Counted from the first letter of the stretch, positions 1 to 9,295 are shown. The stretch is 59,346 nt of DNA from Gammaproteobacteria bacterium (GCA_029880755.1 JAOUNW010000001.1:1-59346), one strand, 5' to 3'. Notes: generated by a model not told the origin, from the sequence alone. Translations and numbers: made by a program.

Positions 1-1665
1 CATACCATTCGGGCCATGTCCATTTTAATGACTATCCTGGGCACTATTGATCGTCCAGGTGGTTTTCGCCATAAGGCGCCGTTCCCGCGTCCCATTCCAC
101 CTTGCGCCAAAACTCCTAAAGGACCGGATGGCGTCAATCCCGATACGCCATTAGGTGGCATGGCTCTGGGCTGGCCTGCAGAGCCTGATGATTTATTTGT
201 CGATGACAAAGGCGAACCGGTGCGTATCGATAAAGCCTTCTCCTGGGAGTATCCCTTATCGGTACATGGCCTCATGCATAACGCCATTACCAATGCCTGG
301 CGAGGTGACCCCTATTCGATAGATACCTTAATGCTGTTTATGGCCAATATGGCCTGGAACTCGAGCATGAATACTGTGGCCATCCGCGACATGCTCAATG
401 ACAAAAATGAAGACGGGGAATACAAAATTCCGTTTTTGATTGTATGCGACGCCTTTCAGTCGGAGACCACAGCCTTTGCTGATCTGGTGTTGCCCGACAC
501 CACCTACCTGGAGCGCCATGATGTCATGTCCATGCTCGACCGGCCCATATCCGAATTTGACGGTCCGGTGGACTCCGTGCGTATACCGGTACTGCCGCCC
601 AAAGGTGAATGCAAACCGTTTCAGGAAGTGCTCATTGAGCTGGGCAGTCGCCTAAAACTGCCTGCATTTGTGGACAGCAAGGGTCAGCGCAAGTACAAGG
701 ACTATCCCGATTTTGTCGTGAATTACGAAACCGAACCCGGTTCCGGTATCGGCTTCCTTGCCGGTTGGCGTGGCAAGGGCGGCGAAAAGTTCATGAAGGG
801 CGGGCCTAACCCGAATCAGTGGCAGATGTATGAGCAAAACAATTGCGTCTACCATTATGAAATGCCCAGGTCCTATCAATATATGCGTAACTGGAACAAG
901 GGTTATCTGGAATGGGCACAGCGGCATCGCCTGACGCGTTACGCCGAACCTATCTTGTGCCACATTTATTCTGAAGTGCTGCAGCAGTTTCGATTGGCCG
1001 CGCAAGGCAAGACCTCGGGCAAGCAACCACCGGAACATCTGCGTGAACGCATTGAAACCTATTTCGATCCCTTGCCGTTTTATTACGAGCCACTGGAAAC
1101 CCAGGTTACGGACAAACTGAAATATCCATTGAATGCGGTAACCCAACGGCCCATGGCCATGTACCATTCCTGGGATTCACAAAATGCCTGGCTGCGCCAG
1201 ATTCATGCGCACAACTATTTGTACATGAGCCCCGAGTTGGGCCGCAAAGGCGGTTTTAAAGACGGTGACTGGGTGTGGGTGGAATCCATGTGGGGCAAGG
1301 TGCGCTGCATGTGTCATTTTTCTGAGGCGGTGGAACCTGGAACTGTGTGGACCTGGAACGCCATTGGTAAGGCCGCCGGTGCCTGGAATCTGACGCCTAA
1401 TGCTAACGAATCCAAAAAAGGGTTTCTATTGAATCACGTTATTTCGGAAGAGCTTCCGGCAGATGCCAATGGTCAACGGTTGTCCAATTCCGATCCTGTG
1501 ACCGGGCAGGCAGGTTGGTATGATGTTCGTGTTCGTGTTTATAAATCGGATGAACAGGCCGAAGAGACATTGCCTCAGTTTGCACCACTCAAGCCGGTGC
1601 CTGGGGAAGAGGTCAAACCCAAATCGTGGCTCGGCTATTTTGCCGGTAAGAGCAGGCGCGCATGA
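1..1665 (+). CDS. Molybdopterin (bis-MGD) oxidoreductase catalytic subunit, C-terminal ~550 aa. The 5' end lies outside the window (PsrA/SoeA-like).
   Basis: The frame is open from base 1 and continuous with ORF 16..1665. Its size and C-terminal region (GDWVWVES.WGKV) fit the DMSO-reductase superfamily. The stop overlaps the next gene's start (ATGA at 1662-1665). A 4Fe-4S subunit and a membrane anchor follow. Confidence 0.8.
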   Translation, partial: HTIRAMSILMTILGTIDRPGGFRHKAPFPRPIPPCAKTPKGPDGVNPDTPLGGMALGWPAEPDDLFVDDKGEPVRIDKAFSWEYPLSVHGLMHNAITNAWRGDPYSIDTLMLFMANMAWNSSMNTVAIRDMLNDKNEDGEYKIPFLIVCDAFQSETTAFADLVLPDTTYLERHDVMSMLDRPISEFDGPVDSVRIPVLPPKGECKPFQEVLIELGSRLKLPAFVDSKGQRKYKDYPDFVVNYETEPGSGIGFLAGWRGKGGEKFMKGGPNPNQWQMYEQNNCVYHYEMPRSYQYMRNWNKGYLEWAQRHRLTRYAEPILCHIYSEVLQQFRLAAQGKTSGKQPPEHLRERIETYFDPLPFYYEPLETQVTDKLKYPLNAVTQRPMAMYHSWDSQNAWLRQIHAHNYLYMSPELGRKGGFKDGDWVWVESMWGKVRCMCHFSEAVEPGTVWTWNAIGKAAGAWNLTPNANESKKGFLLNHVISEELPADANGQRLSNSDPVTGQAGWYDVRVRVYKSDEQAEETLPQFAPLKPVPGEEVKPKSWLGYFAGKSRRA

Positions 1666-2393
1666 CCCAGTTGGCGCTCGTTATCGATTTGAATGTGTGC
1701 GTGGGATGTCACGCCTGTGTTACCAGTTGCAAGGAATGGAATACCTCCGGTCCGGCCGGTTTTATGTCCGATGATAATCCTTATGACAAAGATCCCACGG
1801 GTACTTTCTTTAATCGCGTGCAGACCTTTGAGGTGGGACAATATCCCGATACGGAGACCGTGCACTTTCCCAAGTCCTGTCTGCATTGCGAAGATCCGCC
1901 TTGCGTGCCTGTGTGTCCGACCGGTGCCAGTTACAAACGGGAAGAAGACGGTATTGTACTGGTGGATTACGACAAATGCATCGGCTGTAAATACTGTTCC
2001 TGGGCGTGCCCTTACGGTGCGCGCGAAATCGACGAACATCAGAAGGTCATGAAAAAATGCACATTGTGTGTAGACCGCATCTATGATCAGTCCTTGCCGG
2101 AGAGTGAGCGTAAACCGGCATGCGTGCTGGCTTGTCCCACCAGTGCCCGTTTGTTCGGCGATATTCATGATCCGCGTTCCGAAGCGTCGATAGCGATACG
2201 GGAAGAAGGCGGTTATCAGCTGATGCCGGAATGGGGAACCAAACCGGCCAACCATTATCTGCGCCGGCGCAAAACGCGCATCAAGATACATGAAGATGAA
2301 TTGATTCGTGCCGACAATCCGCTCAAGAAGGAGCAACGCGGACCGAGCAAGCCTGTAACCGAGCCGACCCTGGACGATTCCACCAGTTGGTAG
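1662..2393 (+). CDS. 4Fe-4S dicluster electron-transfer subunit (DmsB/PsrB/SoeB-like)
   Basis: Four ferredoxin-type Cys groups are visible: CVGCHACVTSC, CLHCEDPPCVPVC, CIGCKYCSWAC and CTLC...CVLAC. The gene is translationally coupled to the upstream catalytic subunit. Confidence 0.9.
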   Translation: MTQLALVIDLNVCVGCHACVTSCKEWNTSGPAGFMSDDNPYDKDPTGTFFNRVQTFEVGQYPDTETVHFPKSCLHCEDPPCVPVCPTGASYKREEDGIVLVDYDKCIGCKYCSWACPYGAREIDEHQKVMKKCTLCVDRIYDQSLPESERKPACVLACPTSARLFGDIHDPRSEASIAIREEGGYQLMPEWGTKPANHYLRRRKTRIKIHEDELIRADNPLKKEQRGPSKPVTEPTLDDSTSW

Positions 2394-2430
2394 CGGCGCG
2401 AGACATTATCTTTGATATATTAGGTAACCC

Positions 2431-3408
2431 ATGCATCCAGCCTTCTCAGTTATATTTCTTACAACATTTATTGGTGTGGGTCAGGGCCTGTTTCTGGCGC
2501 TTTTTACCAGTGAGAGCTATGCCGCGGTAAAGTTACTGCCGCTGCAAAGCCACCAATTTTATGCCATGGGCAGTGCGGTTTCGCTTATTTTCCTGGGTCT
2601 TGGTTTGTTGGCATCGTTTTTTCATTTGGGGCACCCTGAGCGAGCCTGGCGTGCTGCTGCCATGTGGCGTACCTCCTGGCTGTCGCGCGAAGTGATTGTG
2701 TTGCCTATTGTCATGGGTCTGGTGTTTGTTTATGGCATGTCACATTTTTACGGTTGGGAACTAAAAACATTTGGTCTGAAAACGCCGGTGCAAGGTGATC
2801 TGACTTTGTTGGTCGGTGCGCTGGGTACGGTGGCAACATTCGGTTTGTTTGTATGTACGGGCATGATTTACGCCTGTATTCGTTTCTTGCAGGAGTGGGC
2901 TAATCCATTAACCGTAATTAATTACATTCTGCTGGGTGGAGCATCTGGTTTTGTGCTGGCGACCGCACTGGCCAGTATTATGGCACCGGCCTTAGTACAG
3001 TTCTTCGGGGTCTGGTCTATCATTATTACTGCGCTGGCTTTTGTGTTTCGTTTGGCCTCTTTGATTCGTAATGCCGGTTTGCGTAGTAAATCTTCAGTGC
3101 AATCGGCCATTGGCGTCAGTCATAACAAGATCGTGCAAAAGTCACCGGGTATGATGGGTGGCTCCTTTAACACGCGGGAATATTTTCACGGTGCGCCGAT
3201 GTGGTTGTTCCGCTCCGTCAAATGGATATTTTTGCTTCTGGTATTTCCCTTACCGATTATGTTGATCAGTATAGGCATGGCGCAGGCATCAACATTGTTA
3301 CTGATGTTGGCTTTTGTCGTGCAATATCTTGGACTCATCCCAGAGAGGTGGTTTTTTTTCGCCCAGGCCAATCATCCGCAAAATATTTATTATCAGACCA
3401 TCGGTTAA
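2431..3408 (+). CDS. Integral-membrane quinone-interacting anchor subunit (DmsC/NrfD-like)
   Basis: The 325-aa protein is dominated by hydrophobic helices (about 8). It is the third gene after the A and B subunits, the typical A-B-C layout. Confidence 0.75.
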   Translation: MHPAFSVIFLTTFIGVGQGLFLALFTSESYAAVKLLPLQSHQFYAMGSAVSLIFLGLGLLASFFHLGHPERAWRAAAMWRTSWLSREVIVLPIVMGLVFVYGMSHFYGWELKTFGLKTPVQGDLTLLVGALGTVATFGLFVCTGMIYACIRFLQEWANPLTVINYILLGGASGFVLATALASIMAPALVQFFGVWSIIITALAFVFRLASLIRNAGLRSKSSVQSAIGVSHNKIVQKSPGMMGGSFNTREYFHGAPMWLFRSVKWIFLLLVFPLPIMLISIGMAQASTLLLMLAFVVQYLGLIPERWFFFAQANHPQNIYYQTIG

Positions 3409-4208
3409 CGTATTGGTGATCCGGTTGCTTTTCGGTATTCCCGTTGCGCTTGGGGCAATAAGCGTTGCAATTCCCTGATACGAGTACTATCTACCGGGTG
3501 TGTGCTGAAAAACTCCGCAGCTCGAGTGTTTCCTTTTTTGCCGTTGTGTTCACTAAATCGTTGCCAGAAGGCGATCGCTTCTTCCGGTGGATAACCTGCG
3601 CGCGCCATGTAGAGCACACCGATATGATCAGCCTCCAGTTCCTGTTTGCGTGAATGGGGCAGCATCACCCCGAGGGTGCTGCCGAGACCATACGAGGAAT
3701 TAATCAACGCCTGGGTTTCGGCAGACTTCTCGCTAGCCAGGATGCTGACCACTTGCCCCCCCAATTTAACCAGCATACCTTCCGACATACGCTCGGCCCC
3801 GTGACGGGCGACCGCATGGGCCACCTCATGTGCCAAGACCGTTGCCAGCCCGGCTTCTGTTTGGGTGATGGGTAGTATACCGGTGTAAATGCCTACCTTG
3901 CCGCCAGGCAGGCAAAAAGCGTTTGCGGTTTTGGGTTGGTCAAATAACACAAACTCCCACCTGGCCCCCGGAAGTTTTGCCACAGAGGCGACGCGCCGAC
4001 CCACACGATTTACCATGTCCGTTAAATCTTTATCTTTGGAGATGGGGGTATTTTTTTTCATTTTTTCAAATTCACTGAACCCCAGTTGCATTTCCTCGCC
4101 CGAGCTGATCAAGAGAAGTTGTGATCGCCCTGTCTCGGGGACGGTTTCGCAGGCAGTTAGTAGAAATAATGAAACAATGAATCCGATAAAAGTAACTATT
4201 TTCATCAT
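3405..4208 (-). CDS. M48-family zinc metallopeptidase, lipoprotein
   Basis: HEXXH motif (LAHEVAHAVARH). Signal peptide with a lipobox (FLLTAC). A GAGGAG ribosome-binding site precedes the start. The gene lies 12 nt downstream of the ABC gene on the same strand. Confidence 0.85.
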   Translation of the reverse strand: MMKIVTFIGFIVSLFLLTACETVPETGRSQLLLISSGEEMQLGFSEFEKMKKNTPISKDKDLTDMVNRVGRRVASVAKLPGARWEFVLFDQPKTANAFCLPGGKVGIYTGILPITQTEAGLATVLAHEVAHAVARHGAERMSEGMLVKLGGQVVSILASEKSAETQALINSSYGLGSTLGVMLPHSRKQELEADHIGVLYMARAGYPPEEAIAFWQRFSEHNGKKGNTRAAEFFSTHPVDSTRIRELQRLLPQAQREYRKATGSPIR

Positions 4209-4219
4209 GCCAGTCTCCT

Positions 4220-6052
4220 CTAAACCTGTTGTCCGTAAAGCCTGCTGTAAAGTCCTTTGCCTTGCATGAGCTCCTCATGAGCGCCTTCTTCAATAATATG
4301 ACCGTTCTCAAAAACGTATACTCGATCCGCCTGTTTTACCGCACTGAGACGATGGGCAATGATCAGAGTAGTGCGTTCTTTTAGGAAATCACGCAATGCT
4401 TGATGTAGTCGTGATTCTGTTTCGGTGTCCAGCGCTGATGTAGCTTCGTCCAGAATCACAACCTTGGGATTGCTCAATAACATGCGCGCAATGGCCAGGC
4501 GCTGCTGTTGGCCGCCTGACAGGCGAAGCCCCTGTCGGCCGATAACGGTATCCAGTTGTTGGGGTATGGACTCAATTGTCTTTTTCAACTGCGCCACATC
4601 CAGGGCTTGCCACAAGGCTTCGTCGGTATAGGAACCGCCCAAGGTTAAATTGTTCCGTACTGTATCGTTAAACATGGCAGGATGTTGCAAAACTGTTGCC
4701 ACATTTTCGCGCACCACATCCAGGCCTATTTCCGTCACGGGGATATTATCAAAGTAGAGCATGCCCTCTTGGGCAGGATACAAACCAAGGATTACCTGGA
4801 CCAGAGTCGATTTGCCACCACCACTGGCGCCGACCAGCGCCACTTTTTCTCCTGCCTTTATGTTCAGGTTGACGTTGTTTAAGACATTATCACCCCGGCC
4901 GTAGGCAAAGGAGACACCCTCAACCCGAATGCTCACAGTATTCTTATCCGAAAACGGATTTTGATGATGCGGGTAATGAGGTTCCTGTTTTAGTGTCAAT
5001 AACTCGTTAATCCGGTTCAGAGCAGCTTTGGCGGCATAGAAGGAGTACTGCATATTCAATAACTCCTGTACCGGACTCATCATGAACCAGAGATAGCCGA
5101 ACACTGCCATCATTTCACCTATCGTCAGGTTTGAAAATACCACCATAAGCATACTGATGGAGCGAAAGACATCGAATCCTATCAGGAAGATGCCGAAGGA
5201 AAAGCGATTGGCAGCGTCAGATTTCCAGGAATAGGCGGCGCTGTGGGTTTTGATGTTACGCGCTTTGTCGATCACATTTAACACATAATGACGTTCACGA
5301 TTGGCGGCACGAATCTGTTGAATACCATCCAGGGTTTCCACAAGCGCCTGTTGAAAAATTTCAAAGGCACTATTCTCTTTTTTCTTTAGTGTCTTTACCC
5401 TTTTTCCAAGAATAACGGTGAAATATATTACTACCGGATTCATGAGCATGATGAACAAGGCCAGTTGCCAGTGCATCCATAACAGGATTCCCGTAATGCC
5501 GACCAATGAGAGAACCGCAATCAGCGTTTTGCTGACGGAAGCGCCAACGAAATCATCCACCGCATTGATGTCAGTGACAAAACGTGACGATACGCCGCCA
5601 CTGCCAAGAGTTTCATATTCCGCCATGGAAATTGACTGCAGGCGTTGCAGTAGTGCTGCACGTATGCGAAAGGTGACATCTTTGGCAATCAGACTAAAGG
5701 AACGGTTTTGCCAAACCCCCAGTAACAAACTTGCCAGACGCAACACAATTGTGGTTGCCAGAGTCGCTGCAATATATAGTGTCGCGCCATGCCATTCCTG
5801 CGGAAAAACCTGATTCATGAGTGTTACCAGTGTGCCTGGTTTGCCTAATAGCACTTCATCGACCAGCAACGGCATTAATAAGGGAATGGGAACGCTGGTG
5901 ACAACCGCCAACACGGCCACAACATGGGCATTGGCCAGATCCCGCCTATGCTCCAAAGCGACGCCGAAAATATAACGCCAGTCATAAGATTTGGCGCCGG
6001 TGGGACTCGACTCCGAGACAGAAGAGGGCATGTTCATTTCACGACTTTGCAT
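4220..6052 (-). CDS. ABC transporter, fused permease/ATPase (MsbA-type exporter)
   Basis: N-terminal six-helix membrane domain. Walker A GASGGGKST, signature LSGGQQQR, Walker B VVILDEATS. The exact start is uncertain because several in-frame Met codons lie near the N-terminus. Confidence 0.9.
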   Translation of the reverse strand: MQSREMNMPSSVSESSPTGAKSYDWRYIFGVALEHRRDLANAHVVAVLAVVTSVPIPLLMPLLVDEVLLGKPGTLVTLMNQVFPQEWHGATLYIAATLATTIVLRLASLLLGVWQNRSFSLIAKDVTFRIRAALLQRLQSISMAEYETLGSGGVSSRFVTDINAVDDFVGASVSKTLIAVLSLVGITGILLWMHWQLALFIMLMNPVVIYFTVILGKRVKTLKKKENSAFEIFQQALVETLDGIQQIRAANRERHYVLNVIDKARNIKTHSAAYSWKSDAANRFSFGIFLIGFDVFRSISMLMVVFSNLTIGEMMAVFGYLWFMMSPVQELLNMQYSFYAAKAALNRINELLTLKQEPHYPHHQNPFSDKNTVSIRVEGVSFAYGRGDNVLNNVNLNIKAGEKVALVGASGGGKSTLVQVILGLYPAQEGMLYFDNIPVTEIGLDVVRENVATVLQHPAMFNDTVRNNLTLGGSYTDEALWQALDVAQLKKTIESIPQQLDTVIGRQGLRLSGGQQQRLAIARMLLSNPKVVILDEATSALDTETESRLHQALRDFLKERTTLIIAHRLSAVKQADRVYVFENGHIIEEGAHEELMQGKGLYSRLYGQQV

Positions 6053-6101
6053 CGAAGGTCTATCTTACCTGTAATTCGGGTCAAGCGGCAGGTAAACTGC
6101 T

Positions 6102-6593
6102 ATGCTTATTTTTATGGTTGAAGTTAAATTACTGGTTCTGCTGGTTGTTGCCAATGGCGCTCCCATTGTGACCAAAAAACTGCTGGGAAAATACGGGGCA
6201 TGGCCACTGGATTTCAACCGGAAACTGGCAGATGGTCAACCGTTGTTAGGTCATAGCAAAACTCTCCGTGGTTTATTGTCGGCGATCGGTGCGGCAGCCA
6301 TTGTCGCGCCACACTTGGGTTGGTCCTGGACCACCGGCGCCCTGTTTGGTGTAGCGGCCATGATGGGTGATCTGGTTTCCAGTTTCATTAAGCGACGCAG
6401 AAAGCTTACCCCGCACAGCATGGCTCTTGGTCTCGATCAAATACCGGAATCCTTGTTACCCTGTCTCGCTGTGAAATCCGTGCTATCTCTCTCCTGGAGT
6501 ACTATCGGAATAGTGGTTGTAATCTTTTTTGTTGGAGAGCTGCTTTTGTCACAACTGCTTTATAAGCTCAATATACGTGACCGGCCCTACTGA
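6102..6593 (+). CDS. CarS/DUF46-family membrane CTP-transferase homologue (CDP-archaeol synthase-like)
   Basis: The 163-aa polytopic protein has blocks that align by eye to archaeal CarS. ANGAPIV...PLDF....DG.PLLG..KT.RG matches the N-terminal block. GDL.SSFIKRR........LDQ matches the cytoplasmic-loop block. Confidence 0.7.
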   Translation: MLIFMVEVKLLVLLVVANGAPIVTKKLLGKYGAWPLDFNRKLADGQPLLGHSKTLRGLLSAIGAAAIVAPHLGWSWTTGALFGVAAMMGDLVSSFIKRRRKLTPHSMALGLDQIPESLLPCLAVKSVLSLSWSTIGIVVVIFFVGELLLSQLLYKLNIRDRPY

Positions 6594-7552
6594 GATATGC
6601 TAACCCCATTGTGCAAATGATGCAGGGTGATTTCCGGCGGGCAATTAAAACGTACCGAAACTATTGATGTGCCCGCGCCGCGTGAGGTGTAGCCTATCAT
6701 ATTATGATGCTGCCAACGGCCCGAGCCCATACGCCTGGGGCAGCTGGCATCGAGAGTGATCGGAATGCCACCTGGCAGGCAAATTTGGCCGCCATGGGTA
6801 TGGCCACACAACATGACATTAAAATCTGCGTGCGCTGCCTGTTTATAAATTTCCGGTGTGTGTGACAGCAAAATGGAAACTTCATGAGGGGGCACATTGT
6901 TTGCCGCCTTTTCAATGTTATCGACGCGGAAATAATGGGCGTCATCGACACCGGCAAGATGTATGGCATCACCATCGCGTTCCAGTAATACTGATTCATT
7001 TAATAATACCTGGATACCCATTGCTTCCAGTTCAGGGACCATATTAATACTGTCGTGATTTCCTAAAACCGCATAAGTCGGTTTTGTCAGGGTATCGGCA
7101 ATGAGTTTCATGCCCTCAAGTGCAGCCTGAAAGGGACCAAAGGTGTGTGCCCGAAAATCACCTGTCATAACGCAGATATCGTAATCCAGAGTTGCCAGTT
7201 TTTTTGCCAGGGCATGGGTGGCGTCCCAGTGCATGTCCACGTGCAGATCGCTCAAGTGCAAAAGGGTGTAGCCTTCAAACGTTTTGGGCAAATTGGGCAG
7301 ATGGATATCGTGATGATGAATCTGGTGCTTGAGCGTATTGCGTTTGCCCCGCGACCACAGACCGGAGAGCTTGATGCAATAGCGAATGAGTGCATGGGTG
7401 GAATACCAGTTCTCTGGATGAAAGAAATTAAGCCCTTTGCCAAACACCTGGGGCTCGGCATCTGACTCAATGCCAAGGCGCTGGCTGGCATGCAAACGCC
7501 CCAGGCGTTTCTGCAGAAACCGCACAATTTCTTGGTGATCCATAATACCCAT
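6587..7552 (-). CDS. Metallophosphoesterase (calcineurin-like, YaeI-type)
   Basis: Motifs HLSDLH, GDF, GNHD and GHTHGGQ occur in the canonical order. Confidence 0.85.
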   Translation of the reverse strand: MGIMDHQEIVRFLQKRLGRLHASQRLGIESDAEPQVFGKGLNFFHPENWYSTHALIRYCIKLSGLWSRGKRNTLKHQIHHHDIHLPNLPKTFEGYTLLHLSDLHVDMHWDATHALAKKLATLDYDICVMTGDFRAHTFGPFQAALEGMKLIADTLTKPTYAVLGNHDSINMVPELEAMGIQVLLNESVLLERDGDAIHLAGVDDAHYFRVDNIEKAANNVPPHEVSILLSHTPEIYKQAAHADFNVMLCGHTHGGQICLPGGIPITLDASCPRRMGSGRWQHHNMIGYTSRGAGTSIVSVRFNCPPEITLHHLHNGVSISQ

Positions 7553-8049
7553 AATATAGCGCTAGAATGACCGCATTAGACTGGTTGGTCTATTGAAAAA
7601 ATCAATTACACTCGCGAGATTGGATTGTTCTCCGGCAAATCGTGATAATGTCGGGATTCCTGTCGCTGGCCAGCCGCGTAAAGTCCGCCACTTCAGTTCC
7701 TTGGTGCCGCAAAATACCGTATTTGCGGTCTGTCGGCAAACCTTACAAACTCACTATTTGCGTCGTGGGATAAATGGCGCTGTCAGTGTATTTAAAATAA
7801 GGAAAAATCAGGAAGTTAGCGTTTTCTTGTATTTAGGGTGTTGTCAGAAAATCTTACATTTCTTGGAAAATGGCAACTATCACTTCTCGGTAATGGATAT
7901 AACTACATGTTTTTATTGGAGTAATATTAGTTGGTACCGATTTTGCTTTAGTCTAAATGAGTAATAGCGTCCGGGTTCCGCGGAATCCGAGTCAGATAAT
8001 GAGCGCATCTAATATAAAACAAGCGCTAATAGATTTAGGAGTGATAGTG

Positions 8050-8646
8050 ATGAAGTTGGTGAAGAGTCTGATTCAGACCCTGGCTGTTGCCGGCATTGTG
8101 GTTTTTGCCGGCATGACCGGGGTGTCTTCCAGTGCAATGGCCATGATGACGCCTGATGGCGAAACCCCGGCTAACGAGGGAGTGTGTGATGGGCTTAAAG
8201 GTGCTACCCCCGGGCTTTATGGTTTGTGTGTTGCCTACTGCGAAGCACAGGATCTGGACACCATTGACAAAGAACCGCCCAGTGAAAAAATCCTGGCTAA
8301 CTACGAGAAGAAAAGACAGGCAGGTGACCCTGATATGCCTTGCATTCAGAAGCCGGAATGCTCCTGCGTGAGTAATGCCGAGTTGAGCGCCATGACTGCC
8401 GACGGTATGGGTAGCTGTAATCGTCTGATTACCAATAAGCTTACTATTACTGACAATGGCCCGCTGAATTTCGCTGATATCAATACCACCCCTGGCAGAG
8501 AGGCTTGTCGTTTCGTGGATACGGAGACATCGCCGATTACAGTGAGAAGTCAACGTTTGGCTGACGATGCGGATTCCACTGCAGCCCAAAAGGCAGAGGT
8601 ATGCCGCGCCGCCATTGATGCGGCCTGCCTGGCAATTGGGCAGTAA
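8050..8646 (+). CDS. Secreted Cys-rich hypothetical protein
   Basis: AGGAG precedes the ATG at 8050 by 8 nt, so I prefer this start to the upstream ORF start at 7957. Signal peptide MKLVKSLIQTLAVAGIVVFAGMTGVSSSAMA. The mature part contains about 9 Cys. No family recognised. Confidence 0.6.
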   Translation: MKLVKSLIQTLAVAGIVVFAGMTGVSSSAMAMMTPDGETPANEGVCDGLKGATPGLYGLCVAYCEAQDLDTIDKEPPSEKILANYEKKRQAGDPDMPCIQKPECSCVSNAELSAMTADGMGSCNRLITNKLTITDNGPLNFADINTTPGREACRFVDTETSPITVRSQRLADDADSTAAQKAEVCRAAIDAACLAIGQ

Positions 8647-8702
8647 GACAGTTTTTAGTCAAAATAATTAGCAAGAAATAACGGAGTTTTGGAGGAGTAA
8701 GT

Positions 8703-9272
8703 ATGTGGGTATCAAGTAAAATTATTCGTACGGCCCTGGCGGTACTGTCGCTTGGTGTTGCGACGACCAGCGCCCAGGCGGCCATGGTGAACTTCACCGT
8801 TACCGGCACAGTATTGGTGGGTGAAGAATCCGGCAGTGGGAATGACTATCTTCTGTCGGCGGGTGATACTATCACGGCGTATGGCACCTTTGATGACAGT
8901 GCCCTGGTTGGTGGCACCGGCAGTGTGCTTTTCGGTTTGGGTAGTGGTAACAGCCTGACCATCAGCGCCGGCACTGCAACCCTACTCGCTTCTATGGACC
9001 AGAACTATGATGTTGATATAGGTTTTGGCTATTTCCCACAATTAGTTTTCGACGCCGGCTTGCTGGTGGATTTTGATACCTTGATGGTCTATGGGCAAAA
9101 TGGCGCACCGGCCGATTTTGATTCCTATTTCCTGGGATTTAGCGATTTCGGCTCTATGTATGGCGAGTGGAATCCGAATGTCCAGATTACCGCAGTACCG
9201 GTTCCGGCCGCGATTTGGTTGTTGGGGTCGGGTCTATTGGGTCTTGCCGGTGTTGCCCGCCGTAGAAAGTAA
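8703..9272 (+). CDS. PEP-CTERM/VPLPA-CTERM-type sorting-domain protein (putative exosortase cargo)
   Basis: N-terminal signal peptide. The C-terminus reads VPVPAAIWLLGSGLLGLAGVARRRK, i.e. a motif, a TM helix and a basic tail. GGAGG lies upstream of the ATG. Confidence 0.75.
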   Translation: MWVSSKIIRTALAVLSLGVATTSAQAAMVNFTVTGTVLVGEESGSGNDYLLSAGDTITAYGTFDDSALVGGTGSVLFGLGSGNSLTISAGTATLLASMDQNYDVDIGFGYFPQLVFDAGLLVDFDTLMVYGQNGAPADFDSYFLGFSDFGSMYGEWNPNVQITAVPVPAAIWLLGSGLLGLAGVARRRK

Positions 9273-9295
9273 CCTTCAGCACATAGCCTATTAAA

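Noticed and set aside
652-2336. Long antisense ORFs (652..1167 and 1635..2336, minus strand) inside the molybdoenzyme A and B genes
   Set aside because: They lie entirely within genes that have strong motif support on the plus strand. Their translations are low-complexity and show no recognisable motifs. These are typical shadow ORFs.
3405-3408. Convergent genes overlapping by TTAA (also 52127-52130) and abutting stops at 49134-49139
   Set aside because: These are real but trivial consequences of compact convergent gene ends (TAA read on both strands). No evidence points to a functional element.
7700-7790. GGCAAACC motif and nearby hairpin reminiscent of a c-di-GMP-I (GEMM) riboswitch
   Set aside because: The second conserved element (ACGCAAAGC) appears only on the opposite strand and in the wrong order. 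No consistent P1/P2 architecture could be drawn.
7593-7964. 123-aa ORF in the 500-bp gap upstream of the Cys-rich secreted protein gene
   Set aside because: It has a TTG start and no ribosome-binding site, and it shows odd composition in AT-rich DNA. The region is more plausibly a promoter or leader.
8035-8589. 184-aa antisense ORF opposite the Cys-rich secreted protein gene
   Set aside because: It has no signal peptide, motif or ribosome-binding site. The plus-strand gene has an SD-ATG and a signal peptide.
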